Shown here: positions 1 through 9,735 of the stretch, piece by piece
How positions within the stretch are numbered: the first letter of the stretch is position 1
How the letters are laid out: every line of letters starts with the position of its first letter
NCBI GenBank assembly: GCA_002011495.1
Contig: MTNR01000036.1
Span: forward strand, 15,239-79,238
From: Dehalococcoides sp. JdFR-56
GTDB taxonomy: Bacteria > Chloroflexota > Dehalococcoidia > Dehalococcoidales > RBG-16-60-22
Direction: 5' to 3'
Length of the DNA stretch: 64,000 bases
The notes under the pieces: model-generated
Databases searched by the model: none
The model's input: only the letters and a program-made list of their open reading frames with translations
What the model was told of the DNA's origin: nothing
Translations under genes and position numbers: made by a program

Positions 1-2
1 GA

Positions 3-539
3 CTTGCTGCCCTCCAATTTGATAAGCTGATCATTGGTTTGGCATTGGGCTACGCTGAGCTGGCTGTCTATTCCATTGCGGTAATGATCGCTGGCTTGCC
101 TAACATAGTGTCGATATTGTTGAGTCGTACCATTTTCCCCAAAGTTGCGGTCATGGATGAGGGCATTGCCTATACTGAAGTAAAGACAAGGATACCCTGG
201 CTGATGATAGGAGTGATCCTCATTTGTGGCATTGGTGCTCTTCTGTCGCCCTACGTGATACCTTGGCTGTATTCCAGCAAATATCTGGACTCGGTTCTTT
301 ATACCCAGCTTCTCTTTATTCCGGTGATACTAGGCACGCCGGCGGTGATACTGCGCCGGGGGGTGCTTCAAGCGCGGATGAAAGCAAGGGAGCTATTCAA
401 GCTTAACTTGGTGGTCTCGGTATTTGAGCTGATTATGCTGGTTCTTTTCGCCTTAAAGTTCGGCATCTTCGGCATTATTCTCGCCAGGGTTCTGGCTAGG
501 GCACTTGATTCAGCCTACTCTTGGAGGCTGGCGCGCTAG
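3..539 (+). CDS. Polysaccharide/oligosaccharide flippase (Wzx/MOP-like), C-terminal part; the 5' end lies outside the window
   Basis: Frame 3 is open from the window edge to TAG 537-539. The product is a series of hydrophobic helices with short basic loops, typical of polysaccharide-biosynthesis flippase C-termini. It converges on the glycan gene array. Confidence 0.6.
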   Translation, partial: LAALQFDKLIIGLALGYAELAVYSIAVMIAGLPNIVSILLSRTIFPKVAVMDEGIAYTEVKTRIPWLMIGVILICGIGALLSPYVIPWLYSSKYLDSVLYTQLLFIPVILGTPAVILRRGVLQARMKARELFKLNLVVSVFELIMLVLFALKFGIFGIILARVLARALDSAYSWRLAR

Positions 540-548
540 GGCGCCTTA

Positions 549-1253
549 CTAGCGTCCCCTGAGGTCCAGCCAGTGGAAGTAGTTTTGCACCAGAAACAGT
601 AATGGCATGGTTACTCCGTAAAACATCACCAAGATGTCTAACTGATTGAGGATGGCAAACAAAAGAATCAAAAGAAGTATGCCACCGGCAAAGAAGAGGA
701 ACATAAAGGCTTCCCATAATACCCTTTTGTAAATGGAGCTTGCCTGATTTAGTGTTAGAGGCGCATACCTGGAACTCTGTTTCAGGTTTTTCAGCAGTGT
801 GCCTCTCCTAGTCTCGCTAAAACGGTATAGGAGTTTGAACAACATTGCCGAGATGCCGAACCAGAGCATATTGATATCTCCTAGGAGACGATAAGTGCCA
901 ACGGAAAGGCCAATAAATATCGATGAGTAAAGGATATTGCTGTTGAGGACTTCAAGATAACTCCCATAAGCGGTAAATTTGCCAGTGTAGCGAGCCAGTT
1001 CTCCATCACAGCGGTCCAGCAGGTGGGAAAATAGTAGGACTACTGCTCCAACAATAAAATAGCGTTGGGTGCCTAGGGTGAGCAAAATCCCACCGGTTAT
1101 GGCAGCTATTATGGAGAGTAAGCTAACCGAGTTCGGATGCAGATCTAATTTGACGAAAAGCGCGGTAAGATATACGGAAAAGATTCGGAGGAGCCTTATG
1201 ATTAGAGATTCACTTTCGTGCTTATCGCAGGCTGCTCGCAGTTCCTCGATCAT
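549..1253 (-). CDS. CDP-alcohol phosphatidyltransferase family protein (divergent motif)
   Basis: Multi-TM protein with DRCDGELAR-x8-G-x3-E-x3-N/S. This matches the family motif D-G-x2-A-R-x8-G-x3-D-x3-D except for the last two Asp. Confidence 0.6.
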   Translation of the reverse strand: MIEELRAACDKHESESLIIRLLRIFSVYLTALFVKLDLHPNSVSLLSIIAAITGGILLTLGTQRYFIVGAVVLLFSHLLDRCDGELARYTGKFTAYGSYLEVLNSNILYSSIFIGLSVGTYRLLGDINMLWFGISAMLFKLLYRFSETRRGTLLKNLKQSSRYAPLTLNQASSIYKRVLWEAFMFLFFAGGILLLILLFAILNQLDILVMFYGVTMPLLFLVQNYFHWLDLRGR

Positions 1254-1897
1254 GCTAGAGGCCTCTTTAAAATCATAATTATCCCCTTGGCGAAATTCGG
1301 CCTTGCCTTGGTGATAGGTTGCAGGGTAAGCTTGCTTTTCCAGGTGGGAAAGCCCTCGGTATAATAGTAAAAGTCTGATACCTCATAGTCGTGTCTTTTC
1401 GCCAATGCTTGTAGTGAATTGACATCATAGTAGTGAACATGGGCGGCTATGGGTTTCTCGTAGGAGGGTTGTGTACCGCTGATGATAGCCTTCATGAAAG
1501 TGTAGAAATCAAATCTATTGGGCGTGGTCAGTATCAGCACGCCGCTATCTTTAAGGTGCCGTTTCATATTCTCCAGAAACAGACCTGGATTTGACAGGTG
1601 CTCAATAAGCTCACCAGCCACGATAACGTCAAATCTCCGCCCGATGTCCACCTGCTCAACGTTCCCCAGAATGATGTTATACCCTCTGGCTCTCAGGGCT
1701 TCTACTTCTGTCTTATTTATATCTATGCCAACCACTTCTTTGGCCAGCTTCCTGATTTTCTCATGTAGCCAGCGCTCTGCTTTAGTTTCAGCATGAACAG
1801 TGCCCAACAACTCGGCACAACCAACATCAAGCACCTCTTTCCCTGCCACAAACTCCTTGATGACTTCCCACCTATCTTGCACTAGCTTAATTCTCAT
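1250..1897 (-). CDS. Class I SAM-dependent methyltransferase
   Basis: Motif I VLDVGCAE and later DVIVAGELIEH. ATG 1897 follows a GAGAGG-like SD. The ORF reaches a GTG at 1984, but the added 29 aa look non-protein-like. Confidence 0.7.
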   Translation of the reverse strand: MRIKLVQDRWEVIKEFVAGKEVLDVGCAELLGTVHAETKAERWLHEKIRKLAKEVVGIDINKTEVEALRARGYNIILGNVEQVDIGRRFDVIVAGELIEHLSNPGLFLENMKRHLKDSGVLILTTPNRFDFYTFMKAIISGTQPSYEKPIAAHVHYYDVNSLQALAKRHDYEVSDFYYYTEGFPTWKSKLTLQPITKARPNFAKGIIMILKRPLA

Positions 1898-1980
1898 TGT
1901 TTTGGCCTCTCTGCTTATTTGATGGCAAACATCCCGGTGCCCGCCTCGGTTAAATTTATTATAACATTGAATAGCAGGTA

Positions 1981-2730
1981 TCACTGGCCTTTACAGGTAT
2001 TGCTAAACCTTCTTTTTATCTCCCACACTGAAGTTTGGGACAAAGAGGTGCTGTAAGGGGTAAGGCCAGAGAAATCTGTCCGCTTGTAGTCAGCAAGCAA
2101 AGATTTTGCTTCGTCATACTCTTGTCTTGCTGAATTGTCCAGCATCAAGTATCCTCCATCGCGAATCTTGTTTAGGGCATGAAATACGCAAGATGCTCTT
2201 GCTCTACCGTCGACAATGACCAAGTCAAAACTTCCATCTTGATATCTTTCAATACTCTTGACGTAATTCATGAGGCTGAAACCTTTCATTCGTGTGGAGG
2301 TATAACTTTGGCAGCCATAAGAGGGCGTCTCTCCAAAAATCTTTTCTGGTTCGTGTAAGAAATATTTACAGTTTGAAATTCCTTTCTTCCTGAGCGCACT
2401 TGAGACCAGATTATACCACTCTTTATCATGCTCAATGGAGATCAATTCCTTAGCTCTTTGGGCAAGGAAGATGGTTGAACCACCTGAACCGTACTCAAAC
2501 ACAGTCATATCAGGTTTCAAATAGGATTCCAGCCATTTTCTGGCCTTGAATGGTATCCATGGAGCTTCATCGCTCAGAGGAGTATGCCAAGGCAATAAGG
2601 ACCTGAGCCACAAATGAACAGATTGGAGGGAATCAAAGTCACGCCTTCGCCATAATTGCCACAAGGTTAATATTGCCCGCCAGAGGTTTCTAGCTCCTAT
2701 TATAGTTGCGATTATTGCTGTCTTTATCAT
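1981..2730 (-). CDS. Putative SAM-dependent methyltransferase with an N-terminal membrane anchor
   Basis: VFEYGSGGST (Gly-rich motif I-like) and DLVIVDG...GGYLMLDN. The N-terminus is hydrophobic. Its 3' end overlaps the next ORF by 4 nt. Confidence 0.5.
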   Translation of the reverse strand: MIKTAIIATIIGARNLWRAILTLWQLWRRRDFDSLQSVHLWLRSLLPWHTPLSDEAPWIPFKARKWLESYLKPDMTVFEYGSGGSTIFLAQRAKELISIEHDKEWYNLVSSALRKKGISNCKYFLHEPEKIFGETPSYGCQSYTSTRMKGFSLMNYVKSIERYQDGSFDLVIVDGRARASCVFHALNKIRDGGYLMLDNSARQEYDEAKSLLADYKRTDFSGLTPYSTSLSQTSVWEIKRRFSNTCKGQ

Positions 2731-2772
2731 CCCGATGTGTCGTCTCTCGCTTGAACTTTCGAGCAGTACTGA

Positions 2773-3987
2773 CTAGCCTTTTTCCTGCCTCCTTCTTGCT
2801 ATAAACTGTATTATCTTCTCTGCTCTTTTCTCCCAGGAATAGAGTTTGACCTCCTTGAAGGCGTTCTCCACCAGTTTTTTGCCCAGCTTTTCATCTTCAA
2901 TTGCTCTTTTTATTCCTTCGGCCAAGGCTGTGGGGTCATCAGGCTTCACCAAAGTGGCGGTTTCTTCGCTTAGAATCTCTCTGATTGAAGGTAGGTCACT
3001 GGCTACGATAGGCCTTCTCGCTGCCATATATTCAAACAGTTTCAGGGGGGAAGTGTAAAGCCTGGAGATAGCCTCTTCGGAGGTATTGGGCAGAACCAGA
3101 ACATCGGCGGCGGCTAGGTACTTGGGAATCATCTTCGGTGGCATGTAACCGGCGGTTATGACGTTTGAAATTTGACTGGCGCTGACGAACTCTTTAAACT
3201 CCGATATGTCTTTTGGTGTCCCACCAACAAAGTAGGCCAGATAATCATCGTTCAGCTTCTTCATAGCCTGAGCCAGTACATGGGTGCCTTTCCAACGATA
3301 GAGGTGTCCGGTATAGCAGATGACTTTCTTATCTGGAGGAATGCCCAGTTCCTCTCGGGCTATTTTTCTTTCAAGATTACTGGGGAATTGCTTCACATCA
3401 ATACCATTTGGTGCTACCAGTATATTTTCACTTGGAATCCCTTTACTTTGGTAGGCTTTCCCTAGGTGTCTGGTAACAACAACTATCCCATCAATATGGC
3501 GTAGCGGCCAACATTTTAAGCTGGCGCCCAGCTTCGTGCTGGGAAAAGCATCGTGTTCCTCAAAGAAAACTCGTTTTTGGTGTAATGGCCGCAACAGGTA
3601 AAGAAAAAGGCAGGTGAAGAAATCACGGGAGTAAACCACTTCCACTGGCCGAGTTAAGGTATAGAAGGAGCTTATCAGGCCAAAGCAGAGGCTCTGCTGC
3701 CAGTGTAATATGGGCTGTACCAGCTGAATCCAGCGGGAGATGCGGCTATCCAGGGGCGGAGTCAGATTCAAGCTGAAGATTCGTTTGATGTGGAAAGTCT
3801 TCCCCACAGCATAGTAGTCATGGACATCTCTTATCTGTTTCATGAATTTGGTCTGAAACCGCCAGGGCACCACCAGCTCGACTTCCAGCTTCTTGGCAAA
3901 TTCAGCGCACATTTTCATTATTTGCCAGCCGTGCGCTTTCTCCGTTGGGATTCTGGCGTTGGCGATATAAAGCATACTTTTCATCAT
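2773..3987 (-). CDS. Glycosyltransferase family 4 (GT-B)
   Basis: C-terminal E-x7-E-like region SPLKLFEYMAARRPIVASD. GT4-type N-terminus (IPTEKAHG). Confidence 0.75.
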   Translation of the reverse strand: MMKSMLYIANARIPTEKAHGWQIMKMCAEFAKKLEVELVVPWRFQTKFMKQIRDVHDYYAVGKTFHIKRIFSLNLTPPLDSRISRWIQLVQPILHWQQSLCFGLISSFYTLTRPVEVVYSRDFFTCLFLYLLRPLHQKRVFFEEHDAFPSTKLGASLKCWPLRHIDGIVVVTRHLGKAYQSKGIPSENILVAPNGIDVKQFPSNLERKIAREELGIPPDKKVICYTGHLYRWKGTHVLAQAMKKLNDDYLAYFVGGTPKDISEFKEFVSASQISNVITAGYMPPKMIPKYLAAADVLVLPNTSEEAISRLYTSPLKLFEYMAARRPIVASDLPSIREILSEETATLVKPDDPTALAEGIKRAIEDEKLGKKLVENAFKEVKLYSWEKRAEKIIQFIARRRQEKG

Positions 3988-5405
3988 CTATCCCGTATGA
4001 GGTAGCGTGTTATTTCATCGGAATATATGGGCTCTCCCCTCAAGACCTTATTAGCTGCGATAAAAAATCTTATCGGCAGTCCGACATATTTGGTCAGATT
4101 CTTCTCCGCTGGGTTCTCGCCCGGAGGGAGGTCTTCATCTGCCAAGAGCTGTCCGGTCCGGTAATCGAGCAGCCTGTGCCACCAGTTGGATCTGGTCCGG
4201 TAAAACTTATCAAGTACCTCCAGCCCGTCTTTGACATTATCTAAATACACGTCTTTTTGGGTCATGTCAAATAGTTTCAGGAAGCAGGTGTATAAGTCTA
4301 CGTTCTGGTCAATCTTGCTGCCAAAGTGGACAGGCATCCCATCTTTGAATTGCTCTGGAATCAGCTTGGTGGTTTTATTTTTCTGATTGATCCAGAAACG
4401 GGCACACTCCTCGGCGAGTCTGAGAAATTTTTCCTCCCTCAGGATCCGATAAGCATCCAGGTAGGCATCAATGATGGCAAAGTTCTGCGTTTTATCTACA
4501 ATCTGGCTCCCCAGTTTTCCCTTTCTAGTGTCCCATATCCCATAATAGCTACCATCTTCTCTCCGGAACCTGAGCAGTGCCGAAAACCATCTCTCTATAT
4601 TTTCTTTTAAGGTGGCCTCTCTGGTGATCTCGTAAAGATAGAGTATGGCGTAAATCATATTGGTGTTGGACTTCATCAGTTCAGTGTGGCGGTGAACAGG
4701 AAGGTTGCGAAGATACGGGTGATAACCGATGGCGAAAAGCCCGCATTTCTTGAAAAGTGGTGTATTTAGCCAGGAGGCGATGATTTTTTTCGCTCCCTCT
4801 AGGTATCTGTTTTCCTTGGTGATGGTGTAGAGTTCAGCTAGTTCCTCGGCAAACAGGCCGCATACCGCTGAGAAGGAGGAAGTGGTCAGAATGCCACGTT
4901 TCAGCGCCGGGATAACCTTATTCGGCACCATGCCGTGGTGCCTATTGATATAAGTTAGAATGGCATCGGCCACTCCATAGGCCAGGTCTAAGTAGTGCTG
5001 CGCACCAGTTAGCCGATATAGTTCCACCAGTCCTAGAAATGCGTCCTGATGCTCATATAAGGATATTACCTGCCATTCTCTTCTTGGTATCTTTTTGTTT
5101 TTGTTATGGTCATATTGGGTGACAAAAAGGCCGCAGGGCAGCTTAAAATAAGTCTCCCACAGGTTCATTTGCCTGGTGGTGAATTCTAAACATTGCTTAT
5201 CACCAAACTCAGTGCCATACCAGCAGATAAAGACAAGATAATCACCGATATCATCAAATTCACTGATAACTGGTCCCCAGCACTCTTCTCGGGATGAAAA
5301 CCACCGGGAGGCTACCAGACCAAGCTGGTTCTGAGTTGCCCGATACATAATAAAGTCGCAGGCATCCTTGGCCAAGCTTTGTGATAATTCAATATAAGCA
5401 GTCAT
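3984..5405 (-). CDS. Hypothetical protein, possibly an alpha/alpha-toroid (six-hairpin) fold
   Basis: 473-aa ORF coupled by a 4-nt overlap to the downstream GT4. Helix-pair segments recur (YLDLAYGVADAIL, YLEGAKKIIASWL, FLRLAEECARFWI, YLDNVKDGLEVLDKF). No catalytic motif recognised. Confidence 0.35.
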   Translation of the reverse strand: MTAYIELSQSLAKDACDFIMYRATQNQLGLVASRWFSSREECWGPVISEFDDIGDYLVFICWYGTEFGDKQCLEFTTRQMNLWETYFKLPCGLFVTQYDHNKNKKIPRREWQVISLYEHQDAFLGLVELYRLTGAQHYLDLAYGVADAILTYINRHHGMVPNKVIPALKRGILTTSSFSAVCGLFAEELAELYTITKENRYLEGAKKIIASWLNTPLFKKCGLFAIGYHPYLRNLPVHRHTELMKSNTNMIYAILYLYEITREATLKENIERWFSALLRFRREDGSYYGIWDTRKGKLGSQIVDKTQNFAIIDAYLDAYRILREEKFLRLAEECARFWINQKNKTTKLIPEQFKDGMPVHFGSKIDQNVDLYTCFLKLFDMTQKDVYLDNVKDGLEVLDKFYRTRSNWWHRLLDYRTGQLLADEDLPPGENPAEKNLTKYVGLPIRFFIAANKVLRGEPIYSDEITRYLIRDR

Positions 5406-5462
5406 AAGCTATTCGTCTCGGCTTTAAAACTCTTTGGATTTTTAATCCTTTGTCTTCCGCGA

Positions 5463-6614
5463 TTAATTTGGCTTCTTGCAAGCCAGGTTGGAAATGAATA
5501 TTTCAATGACTTTTTCCTTGCTGAAATGCTTAATCCTTTCCCGTCCTTCTCTTTTCAATACTTCCCTTAATTCATTATCTTTCAGTATATTTATGACTTT
5601 CTTGGCGAAACTTGACATATCCCCTCTTCTAACAATGCAAATCATCTGGTTTTCGGTCATGAGATCTTTTGTTCCACCGACGTCCGTAGCCACGAAAGGC
5701 ACATCCATTGCCATCGCCTCTAATATAACTCTGGGAAAGCCCTCTTCCTCCGAGGGCATGATAAGTAAATCTGCGGCAGCATAGTATTTGGGAATCTCCT
5801 GGTTGGGGACACTACCGACTAGTCGCATTGAATCTTCCAGGCCATTCTCGGCAATTTCTTGTCTCAGCGTTTCCATATAGGGGCCCTCACCAACGATAAT
5901 AAAGAAAACATCTGGAATGGTACGGCTAACTTCCTTGGCAATTTTCACTAAATATTGCGCTCCTTTTCTGGGAGAAAGCCAGTGGACAAAGAGAACTACC
6001 TTTGAAGTCATCGGCAATTCCAGTTCTCGCCTGAGCTGTTTTCCATTGAACTTGTCTATCTTGAACCGTTCGAGGTTAACCCAGTTGGGCATTATCTTGA
6101 TCTTATGCTGCGGGAGACCAAAGTTGGCAACATAATAATTTCGCATCGTTTCCGAGCCAGTAACTAGGAATTGTACCAGACGAATAGCAAGAAGGAAAGC
6201 GTAGTCGTCAAACAGTTTCGCTTTGATAGCTTTCCAGCTTAGTGCCCACTTGTGCATGTAATCTTTTTTGAGACCACAGTGCCAGTAAAGTGTGTGCCCA
6301 CCAAACAGCCGGGTTACCAAAGAAGCAGCTATGGCACTGAAATAAGACTGATGCACATAAAAGGTCTTGTAACCCTTAAGACGAATGATAGTAAATATGG
6401 CAAGCCGTTCAAGTAAGCCTAAAGCGAAACTGGCAAATCTAAGGACATAAACACTCTTCATGGCTTTGAAATTAATTGGCTCTACTGCGTCCTCAATTAC
6501 TAGAAATATATCAATTGATCGGCTAAGGTCATCAATAAGTTCATAAATGTGGAAGTAATGCTCACTACTCTTAGGGGTATACTGTGGGAGGATATAGCAA
6601 AGTTTTTTACTCAT
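5463..6614 (-). CDS. Glycosyltransferase family 4
   Basis: EEGFPRVILEAMAMDVPFVATDVGG (E-x7-E) motif. Confidence 0.8.
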   Translation of the reverse strand: MSKKLCYILPQYTPKSSEHYFHIYELIDDLSRSIDIFLVIEDAVEPINFKAMKSVYVLRFASFALGLLERLAIFTIIRLKGYKTFYVHQSYFSAIAASLVTRLFGGHTLYWHCGLKKDYMHKWALSWKAIKAKLFDDYAFLLAIRLVQFLVTGSETMRNYYVANFGLPQHKIKIMPNWVNLERFKIDKFNGKQLRRELELPMTSKVVLFVHWLSPRKGAQYLVKIAKEVSRTIPDVFFIIVGEGPYMETLRQEIAENGLEDSMRLVGSVPNQEIPKYYAAADLLIMPSEEEGFPRVILEAMAMDVPFVATDVGGTKDLMTENQMICIVRRGDMSSFAKKVINILKDNELREVLKREGRERIKHFSKEKVIEIFISNLACKKPN

Positions 6615-7777
6615 TCTTTAGCCTCGTTGCTCTCCAATAGGCTTTTCCAGACCTCAACCAACCTTTTCGTGTTGGCCGCAAAATCACAGTAGGCCATGGC
6701 TTTTTGGTATCCTTCCTGACCCATTAGCTTTGCCTTTTCCGGATGGCTGAGTAGCTTTATAATCCTCCCGGCGAGCTGCGCTGAGTCATCAACAGCTACG
6801 ATATATCCACTTTCACCGTCAGTCACGATGTCTCTAGCACCACCCACGTCCGTGGCGACAATTGGCTTTTGGGCGAAGGCTGCCTCCATCAAGGTCCGGG
6901 CAAAGCCCTCACTCCACGAGGGCAGAACCACCAGGTCGCAGGCGGCATAGTAGGCGGGGAGGTCATCGTAGGGAATGATGCCCAGAAACCTGACATTCCC
7001 GGCGATGGCCATCTCCCCGCACATTTCCTCAAGGTGCGCTTTCTCCGAGCCACTGCCAATGATGACAAACAGCGTCTTAGGATGGGTGGACAGCACCAGC
7101 TTGGCTGCCCTCAAGAGGTTCGGTATATTTTTTACCTTTTCAAGGGCACCGACGAAGAGAACCATTCGGTCATATTCACTCCCGAGCAAACTTTTCCTGA
7201 TCCTATCTCCATCCGCGTGGACAAATTTGGCGATGCTTTCGGCACTGGGGAGCGCCGGAATCACCACCACCTTTTCTGGGGGGATATTGAGTCTTTCGGT
7301 CAGGAGCACCTTACTTTGGGTGGCATCCGTTCTGACCAGGTTTGCCTTTCTCAATGTCCATCCCATGATGAGCCGGTAACACCGGTGAAGCCAACTTTGG
7401 CGCAGCCACCAGTCACTGAAAATCTCAAGGCCAAAGGCATTTATCTGCAGCTTACAGCCGAACTCTTTGCGCAATAAAACTCCCAGGAAGCCAAGCAGCG
7501 CATCCTGAGTGACGATGATATCCACCCTGCTTTTGCGGCAAATCCTTCTGGCTTTGAGATATGACCTGAGCCAGGAAAGCACCTTATGGCCGTAGCTTGG
7601 GTAGATGGTCAATTTCTCGCTCACCTTTATCTCAGCCTGGCGCTTGGCCGCCGGCGCTGGCACCAGAATATCCAGCCTGTCCAGATGCTCCGCGTAATGC
7701 TGGTGTCTTAGCAGAGTGTCACCAATTTGCCTTCCCTCAACGAGCGTCTTGTCATAGCTGAACATCAGGATATGCAT
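6611..7777 (-). CDS. Glycosyltransferase family 4
   Basis: SEGFARTLMEAAFAQKPIVATDVGG motif. 4-nt overlap with the downstream gene. Confidence 0.8.
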   Translation of the reverse strand: MHILMFSYDKTLVEGRQIGDTLLRHQHYAEHLDRLDILVPAPAAKRQAEIKVSEKLTIYPSYGHKVLSWLRSYLKARRICRKSRVDIIVTQDALLGFLGVLLRKEFGCKLQINAFGLEIFSDWWLRQSWLHRCYRLIMGWTLRKANLVRTDATQSKVLLTERLNIPPEKVVVIPALPSAESIAKFVHADGDRIRKSLLGSEYDRMVLFVGALEKVKNIPNLLRAAKLVLSTHPKTLFVIIGSGSEKAHLEEMCGEMAIAGNVRFLGIIPYDDLPAYYAACDLVVLPSWSEGFARTLMEAAFAQKPIVATDVGGARDIVTDGESGYIVAVDDSAQLAGRIIKLLSHPEKAKLMGQEGYQKAMAYCDFAANTKRLVEVWKSLLESNEAKE

Positions 7778-7781
7778 TTAA

Positions 7782-8957
7782 TTACCTCGCGGCTGCGTGC
7801 AAAACCCTTTCCAGTTCATCAAGGGTGCTTGCCCAAGTGAACTTACTTTTTATGTTCTCGTAGGCCCGGGCTGCCAATTCGCTTCTGGCATGCTCATTCT
7901 GAAGTAGGAAAATAATCTTTTCCTCAAGCTGCTGTCTGTCCCCGGGGGTGACCATTATCCCGGTCTGGCCATCCTGAACCACTTCTCTGGTTCCTCCAAT
8001 ATCGGTGGCGATCACCGGGCATTTTTGCGCCATGGCCTCGATTACGGTGTGCGGTAGCCCTTCGTAGCGTGAGTTTAAAACGAATATGTCTGCGTTTTTT
8101 AAGAGTGCCAGCGTCTCCTCATGGCTTAGCCTGCCAGCAAAGATGACATTTGGCTCAGCGCCTATCTTCTGGCACAATTGGCTTAATTTTTCCCTCTCCG
8201 GCCCATCCCCGATGATTACCAGCTTGAGGCTGGGGTACTTTTTAGCTAAAGACGGGACTAATTCCACTAGCTCATCAATCCCTTTCCAAGGGACGAGCCT
8301 GCCGATGGTAATCAATACCGGCTGCCCGCATTTTTCGTTTGATGCTCTTATTTCCTTGAGTTCAACGGCATTATAGACAACTTCAACCTTGCTGGCGGGC
8401 ACCTGATAGTATTTCACCAGGACATTCTTAAGATAGTGCGACGGGGTTATTACTTTGTCAGCATGGCGTAGGACGAACCTCTGTATGCGCATGACCAGCC
8501 TTGTGTATGGCCCACCCTCTGGCTGGCTGAGAAACTCTTCAAGCGATTTGGATGTTCTCCCTCGGTTAACCGCATTTTCCCAAGCGATGTCCCCGACGAA
8601 CTTGACCACCACCGGCTTTCGCAGCAACCTCCCGACGACGAGGGAGCAAAGGCCGACGACCACCGGGCCTTGTGCGTAGATCAACTCCATACCTTGAGCG
8701 GCGCGCAATAGGGTGAAGAACAATTTTGTCTGTCTTAAGATACTGCCCAGTAGCCAGTAATTTAGCTTCACCGAGATGACTTCTAAATCTTTAACTTCGG
8801 GCTCTGAGTTGGTGAAGGCCACTACCCGTATCTGGTGTCCTCTTTCTTTAAGTCGTTTTGAGACCTCCACAGTATAGGTGGCAGGGCCACCTATCTCCGG
8901 AGGGAAAATGGGTGTGGAGATGAGTATTCTCACTGGCCTCCCCTCACCTTTAGTCAC
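7782..8957 (-). CDS. Glycosyltransferase family 4
   Basis: YEGLPHTVIEAMAQKCPVIATDIGG motif. N-terminal GGPATY loop. Confidence 0.8.
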   Translation of the reverse strand: MTKGEGRPVRILISTPIFPPEIGGPATYTVEVSKRLKERGHQIRVVAFTNSEPEVKDLEVISVKLNYWLLGSILRQTKLFFTLLRAAQGMELIYAQGPVVVGLCSLVVGRLLRKPVVVKFVGDIAWENAVNRGRTSKSLEEFLSQPEGGPYTRLVMRIQRFVLRHADKVITPSHYLKNVLVKYYQVPASKVEVVYNAVELKEIRASNEKCGQPVLITIGRLVPWKGIDELVELVPSLAKKYPSLKLVIIGDGPEREKLSQLCQKIGAEPNVIFAGRLSHEETLALLKNADIFVLNSRYEGLPHTVIEAMAQKCPVIATDIGGTREVVQDGQTGIMVTPGDRQQLEEKIIFLLQNEHARSELAARAYENIKSKFTWASTLDELERVLHAAAR

Positions 8958-9715
8958 GGTTCCGCTTCGCTAGTAATGGATTTCTGCTTCTTGAAGATGC
9001 AAACCAGCGCCTGCCCCCAGTTTCGCAGGACTGGCATTGTTGAGAAAAAGCTGTCTACTCGGTGGATTAGGTCGCTGGCAAACCAGAACCTGGGAATGCC
9101 ATAGAGGTGGAGAGGGGGAAATAAGGTACTTGCCCGTGACTTGTGCAGTTTGAACCCACAGCTTTCGACAATCTTGATCCACTCATCTAGCGGGTATTCT
9201 TGGTTGTGAGCATCAGGGTTCCATTCTGTGGTCGGCGTTTCTTTTTTCTTTCTTCTCAAAATGAAGCGCCCACACCGGGAAACAAAGCCTGTGAACTTAT
9301 CATGCATTGCCGGGAAGGTTATCAATAATTCTCCATTTTCCTTCAACAGCCGGTTGGCTTCAAGACAGAGTTTGGTGGGAGACTTTACATGCTCTATGAT
9401 ATCTATGGCGATTGCCTTGTCAAAGCTGCCAGCGCGTAAGGGAGTTTGCTCCACATTGGCACAGATGGTGGTGTAGCTCTCTACCCCGTAAATTTCCATG
9501 GCTTCTTTTGACCGCTTAAGTCTGTCCTCATTGATGTCTATGCCGACCATCTCACGGTACTGCCCGGCGTAGACGATCGCTTGTGGGCCCTCTCCGCAGC
9601 CAAGATTGATGACCCGGTCATCTGGGTGAAAGGGGAAAAATTCGGGATAGACTCTTCCCGAAAGAAGCTTGCCTTTCAAAAATTGGAATTTATCTTTCGT
9701 CATTTTCTCTGGCAC
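8954..9715 (-). CDS. Class I SAM-dependent methyltransferase
   Basis: Motif I VINLGCGEGPQA, then VGIDIN and AIAIDIIEHV. Confidence 0.75.
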   Translation of the reverse strand: MPEKMTKDKFQFLKGKLLSGRVYPEFFPFHPDDRVINLGCGEGPQAIVYAGQYREMVGIDINEDRLKRSKEAMEIYGVESYTTICANVEQTPLRAGSFDKAIAIDIIEHVKSPTKLCLEANRLLKENGELLITFPAMHDKFTGFVSRCGRFILRRKKKETPTTEWNPDAHNQEYPLDEWIKIVESCGFKLHKSRASTLFPPLHLYGIPRFWFASDLIHRVDSFFSTMPVLRNWGQALVCIFKKQKSITSEAEP

Positions 9716-9735
9716 TTACTAGCCTGTGATATACT

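Noticed and set aside
1898-1984. The 29-aa N-terminal extension of the methyltransferase ORF back to GTG 1984 (GTGA overlap with the upstream gene)
   Set aside because: The extension (MIPAIQCYNKFNRGGHRDVCHQISREAKT) is AT-rich and not protein-like. ATG 1897 has an SD-like GAGAGG and gives a normal distance to motif I. It is kept as an alternative start only.
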